Positions 10,166-20,480 of a stretch of 64,000 bases of DNA are shown one piece after another. Numbering within the stretch: the stretch's first letter is position 1; every line of letters begins with the position of its first letter. The translations under genes were made by a program, and so were the position numbers. The DNA is from Aulosira sp. ZfuVER01 (GTDB lineage: Bacteria; Cyanobacteriota; Cyanobacteriia; Cyanobacteriales; Nostocaceae): assembly GCA_034530615.2 (NCBI GenBank), contig JAVRCV020000066.1, positions 16,576 through 80,575 of the forward strand, read 5' to 3'. The notes under the pieces are model-generated. The model saw only the letters and a list, made by a program, of their open reading frames with translations, was not told the origin of the DNA and did no database searches.

Positions 10166-11725
10166 TTAGACATCACTAACTGCTTCTGAGGAAGCCACAA
10201 CTTGTAATGGCAAAGACAGCACATAACGGTATCCTGCTTCTGGAGAACCTTGAATCGAAATTTGTCCACTGTGTAATTCTGCTAGCTGACAGCTAAGTAA
10301 TAGACCTAAGCTTTCGCGAGATAAACTACTATGTGGCTGATTAACATCTATTCTAGAATTGACAGTCAAGACATCTGAGTGGGAATCACCCAAGTTTTTT
10401 GACTTTTCCATGACTAGCGGTAAATGTCCTGCAAGTTCATGGTTGTCTGCATGGATATTATAGTTTGCTACCTCGCCTGTTAGCTCCAGCAAAGACAAGG
10501 GGCTAAGACGAAAATAGGGATCAACCTCAGTTATACCGTCCCCCAGCCAAGGATGGGAAACCCAAACCGTAATGTTGAGTGTATTTTCTTTGTAAGAGAC
10601 ATGAATGCGCACTACACTACCTGTAGCAGAAAGTTGAATCACGCTAAAAATTAGGTGATACAACATTTGTCGTACCTTATCTTTATCTAAAGGACAAATG
10701 CGACTGTGTCCCGGTTCGATAGATAGGCGAATATCTTGTTCGCGGCGATTAGCAGCTTCTTCTAGAGTATTGATAGCTTGTTGACATACCATCTCAATAT
10801 CTACAGGAGCTATATTCAAATCGGTTGAACCGTCATCCATTGCTCCTAGTTCAGTAATTTCATTGACCAAGGATAGTAAATATCGACCGCTGTGTTGGAT
10901 GATATCGAGATATTCTCTTTGCTTAGTCGTTAAAGGCCCGTAAATTTCACGTCCTAGGACGCTAGCCATTCCTAGTACAGAGGTTAAGGGTGTACGTAAC
11001 TCCTGAGTTAGCTGTCCTAACAGTTCTAGTTTTAGTTGCTTCGTAGAAACAGAATCTTGTGTTAAAGCAGGTGGGGTAATTTTGATCTCACTGCTACTGT
11101 CGTCGCTGAACGATAAGCTAATTGTGTTTTTGGGAATATTGATTTCTGACTTGGCTTTTAGCAGTCGATTACGCTCAAACTCACTCATGCTCCAACGAGC
11201 TATGATTTGTAAAAATTCAATATCGCGAGTGGTAAAGTTACGCGGTACTAAATCCATCACTGCCAATGCACCCAAACAATGACCGGAAGCATCAATTAAT
11301 GGCGCTCCCAAGTAAGCACGAATGCCATAATCCTGTATCAACTTGCTAGAAGCTAATACCGAATCAGTAATTTTATGTGTATCATTAATCACTAAAAATT
11401 GAAAGCTGTCTACCACTTGGGTGCAAAAAGATTCCCGGCGTAATAATTGACGGCTTTGTGCTAAATGATTCATTAGTCCCAGCCTAGATAAACCTACGGC
11501 TGACTTGAACCAATGACGTTCTTGATCGACAAAACCCAAAATAGATATGGGTGCTTCCAAAAAATGAGCAGCGGTTTGAGTGGCTTCTTCAAAGACAGGA
11601 ATTGTTTCTGATTGCCGCAAACCTAAATCTGACAATGCTTCGAGGCGTTGTTTTTCTCTTGTTTCTTGGGAAGCCCAACCATCTTTTAGGGCAGATAATT
11701 TGTTTTCAGGCTCTACCATTGCCAC
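10166..11725 (-). CDS. GAF-domain sensor histidine kinase-like protein (H-box His replaced by Gln)
   Basis: GAF (RQSETIPVFE..., IRAYLGAPLI...GALAVMD), HisKA-like LTQELRTPLT, degenerate HATPase (SLGLLLSCQLAELHSGQI). Confidence 0.85.
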   Translation of the reverse strand: MAMVEPENKLSALKDGWASQETREKQRLEALSDLGLRQSETIPVFEEATQTAAHFLEAPISILGFVDQERHWFKSAVGLSRLGLMNHLAQSRQLLRRESFCTQVVDSFQFLVINDTHKITDSVLASSKLIQDYGIRAYLGAPLIDASGHCLGALAVMDLVPRNFTTRDIEFLQIIARWSMSEFERNRLLKAKSEINIPKNTISLSFSDDSSSEIKITPPALTQDSVSTKQLKLELLGQLTQELRTPLTSVLGMASVLGREIYGPLTTKQREYLDIIQHSGRYLLSLVNEITELGAMDDGSTDLNIAPVDIEMVCQQAINTLEEAANRREQDIRLSIEPGHSRICPLDKDKVRQMLYHLIFSVIQLSATGSVVRIHVSYKENTLNITVWVSHPWLGDGITEVDPYFRLSPLSLLELTGEVANYNIHADNHELAGHLPLVMEKSKNLGDSHSDVLTVNSRIDVNQPHSSLSRESLGLLLSCQLAELHSGQISIQGSPEAGYRYVLSLPLQVVASSEAVSDV

Positions 11726-12733
11726 CGTTACCTTGATAATTGCTCGATACTGTAGTTTATATAACCACTGTTGGTGGATTATTATTTGCTATTTTTAAGC
11801 ATTCCCCAATTTCACCTCCGATAAACAAGCTGAAGATAAAAATTTTTTCTCCCGAGGATCAACAGATAATTTAATCGGCTTTCGTCCCTAGAAAATGTCA
11901 GTAAATATTCTAGTTAGCACTGGTGAAATTTGTATTGCTTTAGCTTTTACCACTAGACAGCGTTAGTTTTATTTTCAAGCTGGGTAATATAACACTAAGG
12001 AGGAAGATAAAGTCTATCCCCTTGTTATCTAGAACAGGTGTGTTTTTTGTGTATTTTCTCTATTCTCATTTAAGTAAAATAGTTATATGTTGGAGTTTCC
12101 TAGTGCAATCTTTGGAAGCATAAATAATAGTTGCCAATAATTATGAATGGTGTATTGAGACTAAGGTTTCATAAATCAAAAGATATGGAATTCTACTCCA
12201 GATTTTATAACAAAGAAAGTTTTTCACTAATTGAAGAAAAAATATAAATAGAAATTATCATTATAAATAAGAAAAGCTTATCTAAAGCAATCAGGATTTT
12301 GATTAAAAAGTCAATACATCAAACATGGATAAACTAAACTTCATCTTAAACCTACAAAAATCATTGATAGAAAAGTTTTATTTTCACCAAGTATTTCAGC
12401 CGAAAAATTTATTTATATATTTCAATATGTAAAAATGTTTATTTTTTTAATAAAAAACTATATAAGCACAATACTATTTAACTATATATGCTTAAGCATT
12501 TTGACTTTAGCTATTAATTAATCATTTAATATCAATATTTTTGAGAGACAGAAAATACCTAATTTAATAATGGTTAGTTCTTATCTTTTTAATTTCTGCT
12601 ACACCAATATAAAATTATGATTTTTACTAAAACTTTATCAATATAGTTTGCCTATTTTGACCAGATAAGCCATAAATGAATTAGCTATTTTTAAACTAGG
12701 CTTTCGCCATCTAAAGTTTGAGGCTATCTGGCA

Positions 12734-13900
12734 ATGAATAAAAAGACTATTAAAATTCCTTTTGTAGATTTGAATTTACAACACCATCCTATTCAAATTC
12801 AACTAGAGCAAGCAATACAGGCTGTATTAACAAAAGGAGATTTTATTTTAGGGCAAGCACTTTCAGACTTTGAGGCAGCTTTTGCAGCAGCATCGGGGAC
12901 AGAATATGGTGTAGGGGTGGCATCTGGAACCGATGCGATCGCTCTCGGTTTGCAAGCCTGCAATATTGGCAATGGAGATGAGGTTTTATTACCTGTTAAT
13001 ACATTTGTTGCAACCCTAATTGGAGTGTTACGTGTTGGGGCTAAACCAATTTTGGTAGATTGCGATCCCCAAACCGCTTTAATTGATTTAGAAGCAGCAG
13101 CAAAAGTAGTTACACCTCGGACGAAAGCAATTATTCCTGTACATCTTTATGGTCAAATGGTGTCACCTCGACAGCTATTGGATTTTGCTAAAATCTACAA
13201 CTTGCTCATTTTTGAAGATGCAGCACAAGCACATTTAGCAGAACGAGAGGGATATCTTGCTGGTTCAGTGGGAATAGCAGCAGCTTTTAGCTTTTATCCC
13301 AGTAAAAATTTGGGAGCATTTGGCGATGGTGGGATGCTATTAACGCGAGATCCAGATGTTGCTCAAAAAATGGTGCGCTTGCGGAATTATGGCGCATCAC
13401 AAAAGTATTTTCATGTTGAAGCGGGTACAAATAGCCGCTTAGATACCTTGCAAGCAGCAGTATTACTAGAAAAGCTACCATATTTATCCCAGTGGAACTG
13501 CGATCGCAATAGTATTGCCCAACAGTACGATCGAGAATTATTACCCTTAGCATCTGCTGGCATTATCCCTCTACAAAATCACAGCGCTACAGGACATATT
13601 TATCATCTTTATGTAATTAAAATTGATGACTCTTGCCCTTTAACACGCGAGCAAATTCAAGAAAAACTTACAGCAGATGGAATTCAGACTGGTATTCATT
13701 ACCCAATTCCATGCCATCTTCAGCCAGCATTCACTTATTTAGGCTATCAACCAGGAGATTTCCCGCAAGCAGAAAAGTTGGCACAGCAAATTTTATCTTT
13801 ACCTATGTATCCAGGTTTAAGCAATAGTCAAATTACTGAAGTTGTGAAAGCGATCGCATCTAATTTAAGTAGCGAACAACAACAGTTGTTGTGCATTTAA
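12734..13900 (+). CDS. DegT/DnrJ/EryC1/StrS family PLP-dependent sugar aminotransferase
   Basis: SGTDAI, PVHLYGQ, EDAAQAH, SFYPSKNLGAFGDGG, NSRLD, LSLPMYP. Confidence 0.93.
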   Translation: MNKKTIKIPFVDLNLQHHPIQIQLEQAIQAVLTKGDFILGQALSDFEAAFAAASGTEYGVGVASGTDAIALGLQACNIGNGDEVLLPVNTFVATLIGVLRVGAKPILVDCDPQTALIDLEAAAKVVTPRTKAIIPVHLYGQMVSPRQLLDFAKIYNLLIFEDAAQAHLAEREGYLAGSVGIAAAFSFYPSKNLGAFGDGGMLLTRDPDVAQKMVRLRNYGASQKYFHVEAGTNSRLDTLQAAVLLEKLPYLSQWNCDRNSIAQQYDRELLPLASAGIIPLQNHSATGHIYHLYVIKIDDSCPLTREQIQEKLTADGIQTGIHYPIPCHLQPAFTYLGYQPGDFPQAEKLAQQILSLPMYPGLSNSQITEVVKAIASNLSSEQQQLLCI

Positions 13901-13998
13901 TTAGTTCGTAGTCAGGGCTTTAATCCGGAACAATTAAATCACTAAATTGCTTACTACTAAAGCATTAACAATCAATAAATTTTGCATTGCTTAAAATT

Positions 13999-14901
13999 AT
14001 GGCAATCCAGCAACAGGTAAAAAATAGAAACACTTCCCAATTGCTCAGTTTGGCAATTTTAGGCGTTTTAGTTCTGCTTTATGCGCCTTTGTTACTACAC
14101 TGGCTGGATGGTTGGTTGCACAAAAATATTAGTACAGAACATGAATATTTTAGCCACGGTCTGATTGGTTTACCGTTTGCAGCTTACTTAGTTTGGCTGC
14201 AACGCAAACAATGGCAACGTTTACCAGATACGATCCATCCTCTAGGCCCTGTTCTGCTGTTAGTGGGGGGAGTTTTTTATTTGAGTGGTGTAGCTGAGTG
14301 GGTTAACCTTTCTCTCCCCGCTATTTTAGCCGGATTGTGCTTGTGGTTTAAAGGTATGTCAGGTTTAAAATTGCTAGGATTTCCTCTACTGCTAATATTT
14401 TTCGCAACCCCAACAGCTGGGCCATACTTAATTGCTCCTTACACCTTACCCCTACAAAGTTTCATTGCTGGTACAGCAGGCTTCATACTGAATCAGTTTG
14501 GTATGGAAGTAACTGTTGATGGGGTAAATCTGTACGTGGGTGGACGGATTGTAGAAGTTGCGCCTTATTGTGCAGGGCTGAAAATGTTATTTACTACCAT
14601 GTACGTCAGCTTAATGTTGCTTTATTGGACAGGTGCTTTGTCTTCACGTCGCACAACTAGTTGGTTTTTAGTAATTGCTGTTTTGATTAGCATTAGTGCC
14701 AATATACTTCGCAATACTGCATTGACTTTCTTTCATGGAACAGGTCAAGAAGCAGCGTTTAAATGGTTGCACGAAGGTTGGGGTGGCGACCTCTACTCTG
14801 GTTGTATGTTGCTGTTATTAGTACCTTTACTAAATCGGATTAATAGCTATTTCTCAGCAATTACAGATATTGAACCCGAAGCAGATAGTGATAACCCCTA
14901 G
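13999..14901 (+). CDS. crtB: Cyanoexosortase B (exosortase family transpeptidase)
   Basis: Polytopic membrane protein with EYFSHG, VAPYCAGL (catalytic Cys), NILR (Arg), WLHEGWG (His). The symbol is the exosortase name, not phytoene synthase. Confidence 0.85.
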   Translation: MAIQQQVKNRNTSQLLSLAILGVLVLLYAPLLLHWLDGWLHKNISTEHEYFSHGLIGLPFAAYLVWLQRKQWQRLPDTIHPLGPVLLLVGGVFYLSGVAEWVNLSLPAILAGLCLWFKGMSGLKLLGFPLLLIFFATPTAGPYLIAPYTLPLQSFIAGTAGFILNQFGMEVTVDGVNLYVGGRIVEVAPYCAGLKMLFTTMYVSLMLLYWTGALSSRRTTSWFLVIAVLISISANILRNTALTFFHGTGQEAAFKWLHEGWGGDLYSGCMLLLLVPLLNRINSYFSAITDIEPEADSDNP

Positions 14902-14999
14902 AAACAACAGTAATCATTGCAGTATGACTGTTAGGATTACTGAACTCATAGCCTAATTTTGCCAAGTAAACTTTTGCCTAAATATTACAAATTTTATTA

Positions 15000-15713
15000 A
15001 TGATTTCCTTATCTAAATTCTTCAAAGAAAGCCAATGGAATCAAGTAGTAGCACTTGTATTATTGCTACTGCTATTTGCTATTGGAAGTGTTCCCGGATA
15101 CCTAACAGGACACTGGCAATGGAAGCAGCCACCACCAATAACCAGCCTGAAAGCATTGAAACATATACGCAATTCTGGGTTAAGTCTTCCTGGTTGGCAA
15201 ACTATTGAGCAGGCGGAACAACAAGTTGGCGAACACAAATGGTCGCTACAGCTAATTAAGAAACAAGACTCACAAACTCAAGCGATATTGCTGCTGCTAC
15301 CCCAAAATGGCCCGATGGATCAACCTGAAGTGGAGTGGACGGAAGTTAACGGTTGGGGAAAATCCCGTTGGGGAAAGTGGGATATAGCTCAATATCGCTC
15401 GGCTCAATTTACTGTGAAACACTCTAAAGAAACTCAGGTAGAAGCTAGATTCTTTCGCGCTTCTACAAAACAAGATACTTTTGGCGTATTGCAGTGGTAT
15501 GCTCTACCGAATGATGGCAACCCATCACCTTTACGTTGGTTTGTAGCCGATCAATTAGCACAGTGGCGTAAGCAGCGAGTTCCTTGGGTTGCGGTGAGTA
15601 TTCTCGTTCCGATGGAACCTTTAGGTCAGGTAGAAAAAATTTGGCCTTTAGCTGAGTCTATTGGTCAAACGGTACAAGCTGCATTAATGGCAGAGTCTCT
15701 AAAGAGCAATTAA
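15000..15713 (+). CDS. Cyanoexosortase B system-associated protein
   Basis: N-terminal TM, PGYLTGHWQW, VLQWYA, DQLAQW; directly downstream of the exosortase. Confidence 0.8.
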   Translation: MISLSKFFKESQWNQVVALVLLLLLFAIGSVPGYLTGHWQWKQPPPITSLKALKHIRNSGLSLPGWQTIEQAEQQVGEHKWSLQLIKKQDSQTQAILLLLPQNGPMDQPEVEWTEVNGWGKSRWGKWDIAQYRSAQFTVKHSKETQVEARFFRASTKQDTFGVLQWYALPNDGNPSPLRWFVADQLAQWRKQRVPWVAVSILVPMEPLGQVEKIWPLAESIGQTVQAALMAESLKSN

Positions 15714-15908
15714 CGAGTAGTTGATGCAGAGATGGTGGTAATTATGCGATCGCCCATTGCTGAGTAAAAGTATGAATTGATTTTGGCTCACATTCGGGAA
15801 TGCAGGCGATCGCTTTTTCTTCATGTAATATTTTACCATCTTTGGATATAGTAATTTCTCGGTGAAGTAAGAGACATTTTAAGTATTACCAGAGTAGAAT
15901 AGCGACTC

Positions 15909-15933
15909 AGCAAGACTCATTATGAGTCTTGCT
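15909..15933. promoter_or_regulatory. Perfect hairpin/palindrome just upstream of wza
   Basis: AGCAAGACTCAT-T-ATGAGTCTTGCT; could be an operator or RNA stem-loop, function unknown. Confidence 0.35.
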
Positions 15934-15968
15934 TTCCTATACAAATGTTTATATTTTACGATTTTTAT

Positions 15969-17294
15969 ATGCGTGCATTCAGCGCTCTGTGTTTTGTGAG
16001 CCTTCAACTAGGCGTTTTCTGGACAACAGCGTTTCAAGTTGTTGCTCAACCTCAACCTCTACCTTTTCCAGAAAAACCTTCTGGGTTTCCCTCGCCTCCT
16101 GAAGTTGCACCCACGGGTTTAAACAACGAAATTTCTCCCCAACTCAACCGCTACGTTTTAGGGCCAGGAGATGCAATTAGCATTGTGGTTCAGCGCCCTC
16201 CTGGCCCTTATCGCTTAGGGACAGGAGATGACATTAGCGTTGTAGTTCAACGCTTTCCAGATTTGAGTTTCCAAGCGACAATTAATCCCGAAGGCAACAT
16301 CATAGTACCGCTAATCAAAACAGTGCCGCTACAAGGTTTAACTTTGCTAGAAGCACAAGAAAAAATACGCTCGTTACTCAATCGTTACGTAGTCGAACCA
16401 GTAGTAGTTTTATCATTAGCAGGGCAGCGTCCCGATTTAAGCTTTCAAGCCGTGATTAATCCGGAGGGGAATATTTTAGTACCGCAAGTAGGAACAGTAT
16501 CCCTACAAGGCTTGAGTGTGGAAGAAGCACAAGAAAAAATTCGTTTAGCTTTAAGTCGCCTGTTAGTAGATCCAATTGTGGCAGTGTCATTGGCAACACC
16601 ACGACCAGTTCAGGTAACAATTAGTGGGGAAGTGTTTCGTCCGGGGATTTATCCAATGGCATCGCCTACACCTCGTGTTGGGGATGCTTTGCTGACATCT
16701 GGTGGGACGACTATCAACGCAGACCTAAGACAAGTGCAGGTGCGTAGGCGGTTAGTTGATGGTTCTGTGATTTCCCAAAATATTGACTTGTACACAACAT
16801 TACAAAATGGCAGTTCAGTACCTAATTTCCGGCTACAAGACGGCGATGCGATAATTGTCCCACGTCGTGAAATTGGCACTGATGATGGTTATGACCGCAA
16901 TCTGATTGCTCGTTCAACTTTAGCCATACCACAGATTAGAGTCAGGGTTTTAAACTATGCAGCCGGAGGCATTGCCAATCAAGTTTTACCTAATGGCAGC
17001 ACATTTATAGATGCATTAGGCGGAATCAATCTTGATACTGCTAACCTGCGAGATATTGCTTTAGTACGCTTCGATCCCGAACGAGGTCAAGCTGTTACCC
17101 AAAGACTTGATGCGAAAAAAGCTTTAGGTGGCGATGTGTCTCAAAACGTGCCGCTTCAAGATAATGATGTTATCGTGGTTGGTCGTAACCTGATTGGTAG
17201 AATTACCAATGCTCTCAGTACAATTACGCAACCATTCTTTAATGTTCAGAGCTTTATTCGCTTCTTTGACTTCTTTACAGGCGGATCGAAGTAG
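15969..17294 (+). CDS. wza: Polysaccharide export protein (Wza/Poly_export + SLBB domains)
   Basis: YxLGxGD, INPEGNI.VP, GEVFRPG, LQDGDAIIVP, LQDNDVIVV; alternative start at 15945. Confidence 0.88.
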   Translation: MRAFSALCFVSLQLGVFWTTAFQVVAQPQPLPFPEKPSGFPSPPEVAPTGLNNEISPQLNRYVLGPGDAISIVVQRPPGPYRLGTGDDISVVVQRFPDLSFQATINPEGNIIVPLIKTVPLQGLTLLEAQEKIRSLLNRYVVEPVVVLSLAGQRPDLSFQAVINPEGNILVPQVGTVSLQGLSVEEAQEKIRLALSRLLVDPIVAVSLATPRPVQVTISGEVFRPGIYPMASPTPRVGDALLTSGGTTINADLRQVQVRRRLVDGSVISQNIDLYTTLQNGSSVPNFRLQDGDAIIVPRREIGTDDGYDRNLIARSTLAIPQIRVRVLNYAAGGIANQVLPNGSTFIDALGGINLDTANLRDIALVRFDPERGQAVTQRLDAKKALGGDVSQNVPLQDNDVIVVGRNLIGRITNALSTITQPFFNVQSFIRFFDFFTGGSK

Positions 17295-17477
17295 TGGGGA
17301 TATGTGGGGGATGGGGGAGACAAGGAGGACAAGGAGGATAAGGGGGACAAGGGGGAAATAACTAATACCAAATGACCAATGACCGAAAACGAAATGGATT
17401 GAACCACGTAAATTTATTTATGAGGGTCATTAATTTTGAATTTTAAATTTTGAATTTTGAATTCGGAGCGCAGCGAC

Positions 17478-19652
17478 GTGACCCCACCAATTGTTAAACG
17501 CTATATTATTGCCTTTGAAAAGTATAAATTGATTGGATTGGCCAGTTTTGTCTTAGTTGTAGCTGGTTCAACAGTGGTGGCGTTACAACCAGATCCACCA
17601 GCTAGCTATGTAGCCAATGCTGCGCTTACCTACAATCGTCCGCCAGTGTCATTCTCGGTAACTGGTAGTGAAATCCAACAACAAGGGCAGGAATTGAATG
17701 AACAAGTTTTGCTATCAGATCAGTTGATCGAAGCTGTGTCAGCAAAAGTCAACGTTAAACCTAAAAAACTTGGTGCAAGTGTTGCTCTTTCTATACCTAA
17801 GAAAAATTCTCGGACTGGACAATTAGATTCCACGATCATAGAAATTAAATATAAAGATAGTGATTCCAAGCGAGCTGTAGAGGTTTTGCAGGCATTAATG
17901 CAAGCAATGGTCAAGCTCAGTGGTGATATTAATACAGGGCGATTAAAAGCAATTATTTCCAAAATTAATGAACGTGTACCACAGACTAAGTTAGAACTGC
18001 AAGCGGCAGAGAGGAGGCTAGAACAGTACGATCGCAGAGAACGACCTGCAATATTAGCATCGGAAAATGGGAGTTTACTGACTGCGGTGACTAGCAGTCA
18101 AACTCAGCAACGTCAAATTAAACTCACTATCGCTGGTATTAATGCCCAAATTCGCAGTTTGCAAGATAAGTTAGGATTAAATGTCGGTCAAGCTTACGTT
18201 TCTTCGGCTTTGAGTGCCGATCCGATTCTAGCTAACTTGCGATCGCAAATTTATCAAATTGAGTCACAAATTGCTGTTCTTCGCAGAGATTTGCGACCAG
18301 AACACCCGACAATGATTCAGTTGCAGCGTCAGAAACAAGCGGCTGAAGAATTACTGCAACAACGGGCGGCGGAAGTAGTAGGTGGTGGAGGTACAGCAGC
18401 ACCTCTGACTGGTAATGTTTCTAATATTCGTGCCCAAAGTAACTTAGATCCAGCACGCCAAGAATTGGCAAACCAGATGGTGGCTTTGCAAACTCAAAGG
18501 GAGACGCTACAACAACAATTAACTCAACAAGTTCAAGAAGAAGCACGATTGCGGCAGGTATATTCTTTAATACCTAACAAACAATTAGAGCGATCGCGTT
18601 TAGAACAAGAGGTAGCTCTGAAAAAAGCTATCTACGATAAAATGCAGGCGAAGCTAGCCGATGCGAAAACCGCAGAAGCAGAAACTGTCACTAGCCTCAG
18701 TATTGCTAGACCACCGACCGTACTTGCTGATACCGTCAAACCTAAAAGTATACCTGTGACATTGGCTGTTGGTGGCTTTATGGGATTAGCGATCGGTGGT
18801 GGCGTCATCTTCTTGTTGGGTTCGCTAGAAGGAACTTTCAAAACCAGAGAGGATATCCGCGAAAGCCTGAAGCAGCGAGAAGTCGCACGGCTAGGAGAAA
18901 TACCTTTAATGCCAACTGATGATTTGGAGCCAGAAGCTATACCAGTTATAGTTTCCCCGGATTCTCCTTATTTAGAATTTTATGAGAAGTTCCGCAGTAA
19001 TATGCGGCGGATAGGCGGTAAAAATCTCAAAGTAGTTTTGATTACTAGCGTGAGTAACTCTGAGGGTAAGACTACAAGTGCTTATAACTTAGGCATAGCT
19101 TCTGCCCGTGCTGGTAAAAGAACATTGATTATTGAAACAGATTTGCGATCGCCTTCTGGTTGTTCATCCTTAAAAGTTAATGCCGATCCAGATGCGAATA
19201 TTGAACCTCTGCGCTATTATGCCAGCCTCAGTGAATGTATTCGCTTAGTTCCTGAGGTAGAAAATTTATATATTCTTCCTAGCCCCGGCCCTTTACGACA
19301 ATCTGCTGCAATCCTTGAGTCTAGTGAAATGCGACGGCTCATGGAGGATGTTCGAGAGCGCTACGATCTAGTAATTTTAGATACTAGTCCACTGAGCTTA
19401 TCTAATGACCCTCTGTTAATTCAACCCTACAGTGACGGCATGATAATTGTGGCGCGACCAAACTATACCCAAGAAAATATGTTAGGTGAAGCGATCGATC
19501 AATTAGTCGAATCGGAACTGGGGCTTTTAGGGGCTGTGATTAATGGTGCTGATATCATAGTCTCTGTGCCTCAGTCGATTGACAAATCACCCGCCGCTTC
19601 ACCGCAAGAAAAATCAGACGCAGAAGTTTCAATAGGTGCTAATAATAACTGA
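17478..19652 (+). CDS. wzc: Polysaccharide co-polymerase / tyrosine autokinase (Wzc/GumC family)
   Basis: Two TM segments flanking a long coiled coil (HPTMIQL); ITSVSNSEGKTT Walker A, IETDLRSP, VILDTSP. GTG start at 17478 behind GGAG. Confidence 0.88.
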   Translation: MTPPIVKRYIIAFEKYKLIGLASFVLVVAGSTVVALQPDPPASYVANAALTYNRPPVSFSVTGSEIQQQGQELNEQVLLSDQLIEAVSAKVNVKPKKLGASVALSIPKKNSRTGQLDSTIIEIKYKDSDSKRAVEVLQALMQAMVKLSGDINTGRLKAIISKINERVPQTKLELQAAERRLEQYDRRERPAILASENGSLLTAVTSSQTQQRQIKLTIAGINAQIRSLQDKLGLNVGQAYVSSALSADPILANLRSQIYQIESQIAVLRRDLRPEHPTMIQLQRQKQAAEELLQQRAAEVVGGGGTAAPLTGNVSNIRAQSNLDPARQELANQMVALQTQRETLQQQLTQQVQEEARLRQVYSLIPNKQLERSRLEQEVALKKAIYDKMQAKLADAKTAEAETVTSLSIARPPTVLADTVKPKSIPVTLAVGGFMGLAIGGGVIFLLGSLEGTFKTREDIRESLKQREVARLGEIPLMPTDDLEPEAIPVIVSPDSPYLEFYEKFRSNMRRIGGKNLKVVLITSVSNSEGKTTSAYNLGIASARAGKRTLIIETDLRSPSGCSSLKVNADPDANIEPLRYYASLSECIRLVPEVENLYILPSPGPLRQSAAILESSEMRRLMEDVRERYDLVILDTSPLSLSNDPLLIQPYSDGMIIVARPNYTQENMLGEAIDQLVESELGLLGAVINGADIIVSVPQSIDKSPAASPQEKSDAEVSIGANNN

Positions 19653-19656
19653 TCGG

Positions 19657-20334
19657 TTAATATTCATCGCGCCTAAACAACCCAAATAAGGGAGCAAGAA
19701 TCAGCCCAAAAACAAAGCCACCAATGTGTGCCCAGTAAGCAACGCCACCTGTTTCCACACTCATATTGGCAGCTGTTTGCAGACTAGCAAAACCAGAGAG
19801 AAGATTCTGAATCACGAACAGCCCGATCAATATCATGGCTGGAACTCGGATTGTAGTGACGAAAAATCCCAAGAAAACTAAGGTCATAACTCTAGCTTGC
19901 GGGAACCGGATAATGTACGCACCCAAAACTCCCGCGATCGCACCACTTGCACCCAAAGAAGGAATAGCAGAATTCATCCCAACAAACCACTGGCATAAAG
20001 CAGCTAAAGCACCACAAGCCAAATAAAAAATCAGATATTTGAGATGACCTAAGCGCTCTTCAATATTGTTACCAAAAATCCAGAGAAAAACCATATTCGA
20101 GATTAAATGCCACCAACCACCGTGTAGGAATTGTGATGTAATTAACGTCGTCCACTCTCCGGCAAAGTTACTAGTTAATTCTCGTGGTACTAATGCATAT
20201 AGCTGGAAAAATTGCTCTATTTGTGGGCCACGTAGGCTGACTTCATGAAAAAAAACTAAAATGTTCATCCCAATCAACCCGTAAGTTACATACGGGTTGA
20301 TTCGCGTTGGATTTTCGTCGTAGAGAGGAAACAC
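19657..20334 (-). CDS. Rhomboid family intramembrane serine protease
   Basis: FLHGGWWHLISNM, GASGAI (catalytic Ser), AHIGG (catalytic His). Confidence 0.93.
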   Translation of the reverse strand: MFPLYDENPTRINPYVTYGLIGMNILVFFHEVSLRGPQIEQFFQLYALVPRELTSNFAGEWTTLITSQFLHGGWWHLISNMVFLWIFGNNIEERLGHLKYLIFYLACGALAALCQWFVGMNSAIPSLGASGAIAGVLGAYIIRFPQARVMTLVFLGFFVTTIRVPAMILIGLFVIQNLLSGFASLQTAANMSVETGGVAYWAHIGGFVFGLILAPLFGLFRRDEY

Positions 20335-20480
20335 AGGTGTTTTTCCTAATCATTGATTAACTGCAATATAGCTTGAGTGGCTAGCAGTTGCGAAGTACAA
20401 GGTTGTCATTAGGCATGGGGCATTGGGCATTGGGCATTGGGCAATAATTATTTCTTTCCTTCCTCTGCTCCCTTGCTCCC

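Noticed and set aside
11726..12733. Hidden gene or ncRNA in the 1-kb AT-rich spacer
   Set aside because: No credible ORF or stable structure seen; consistent with a long divergent promoter region.
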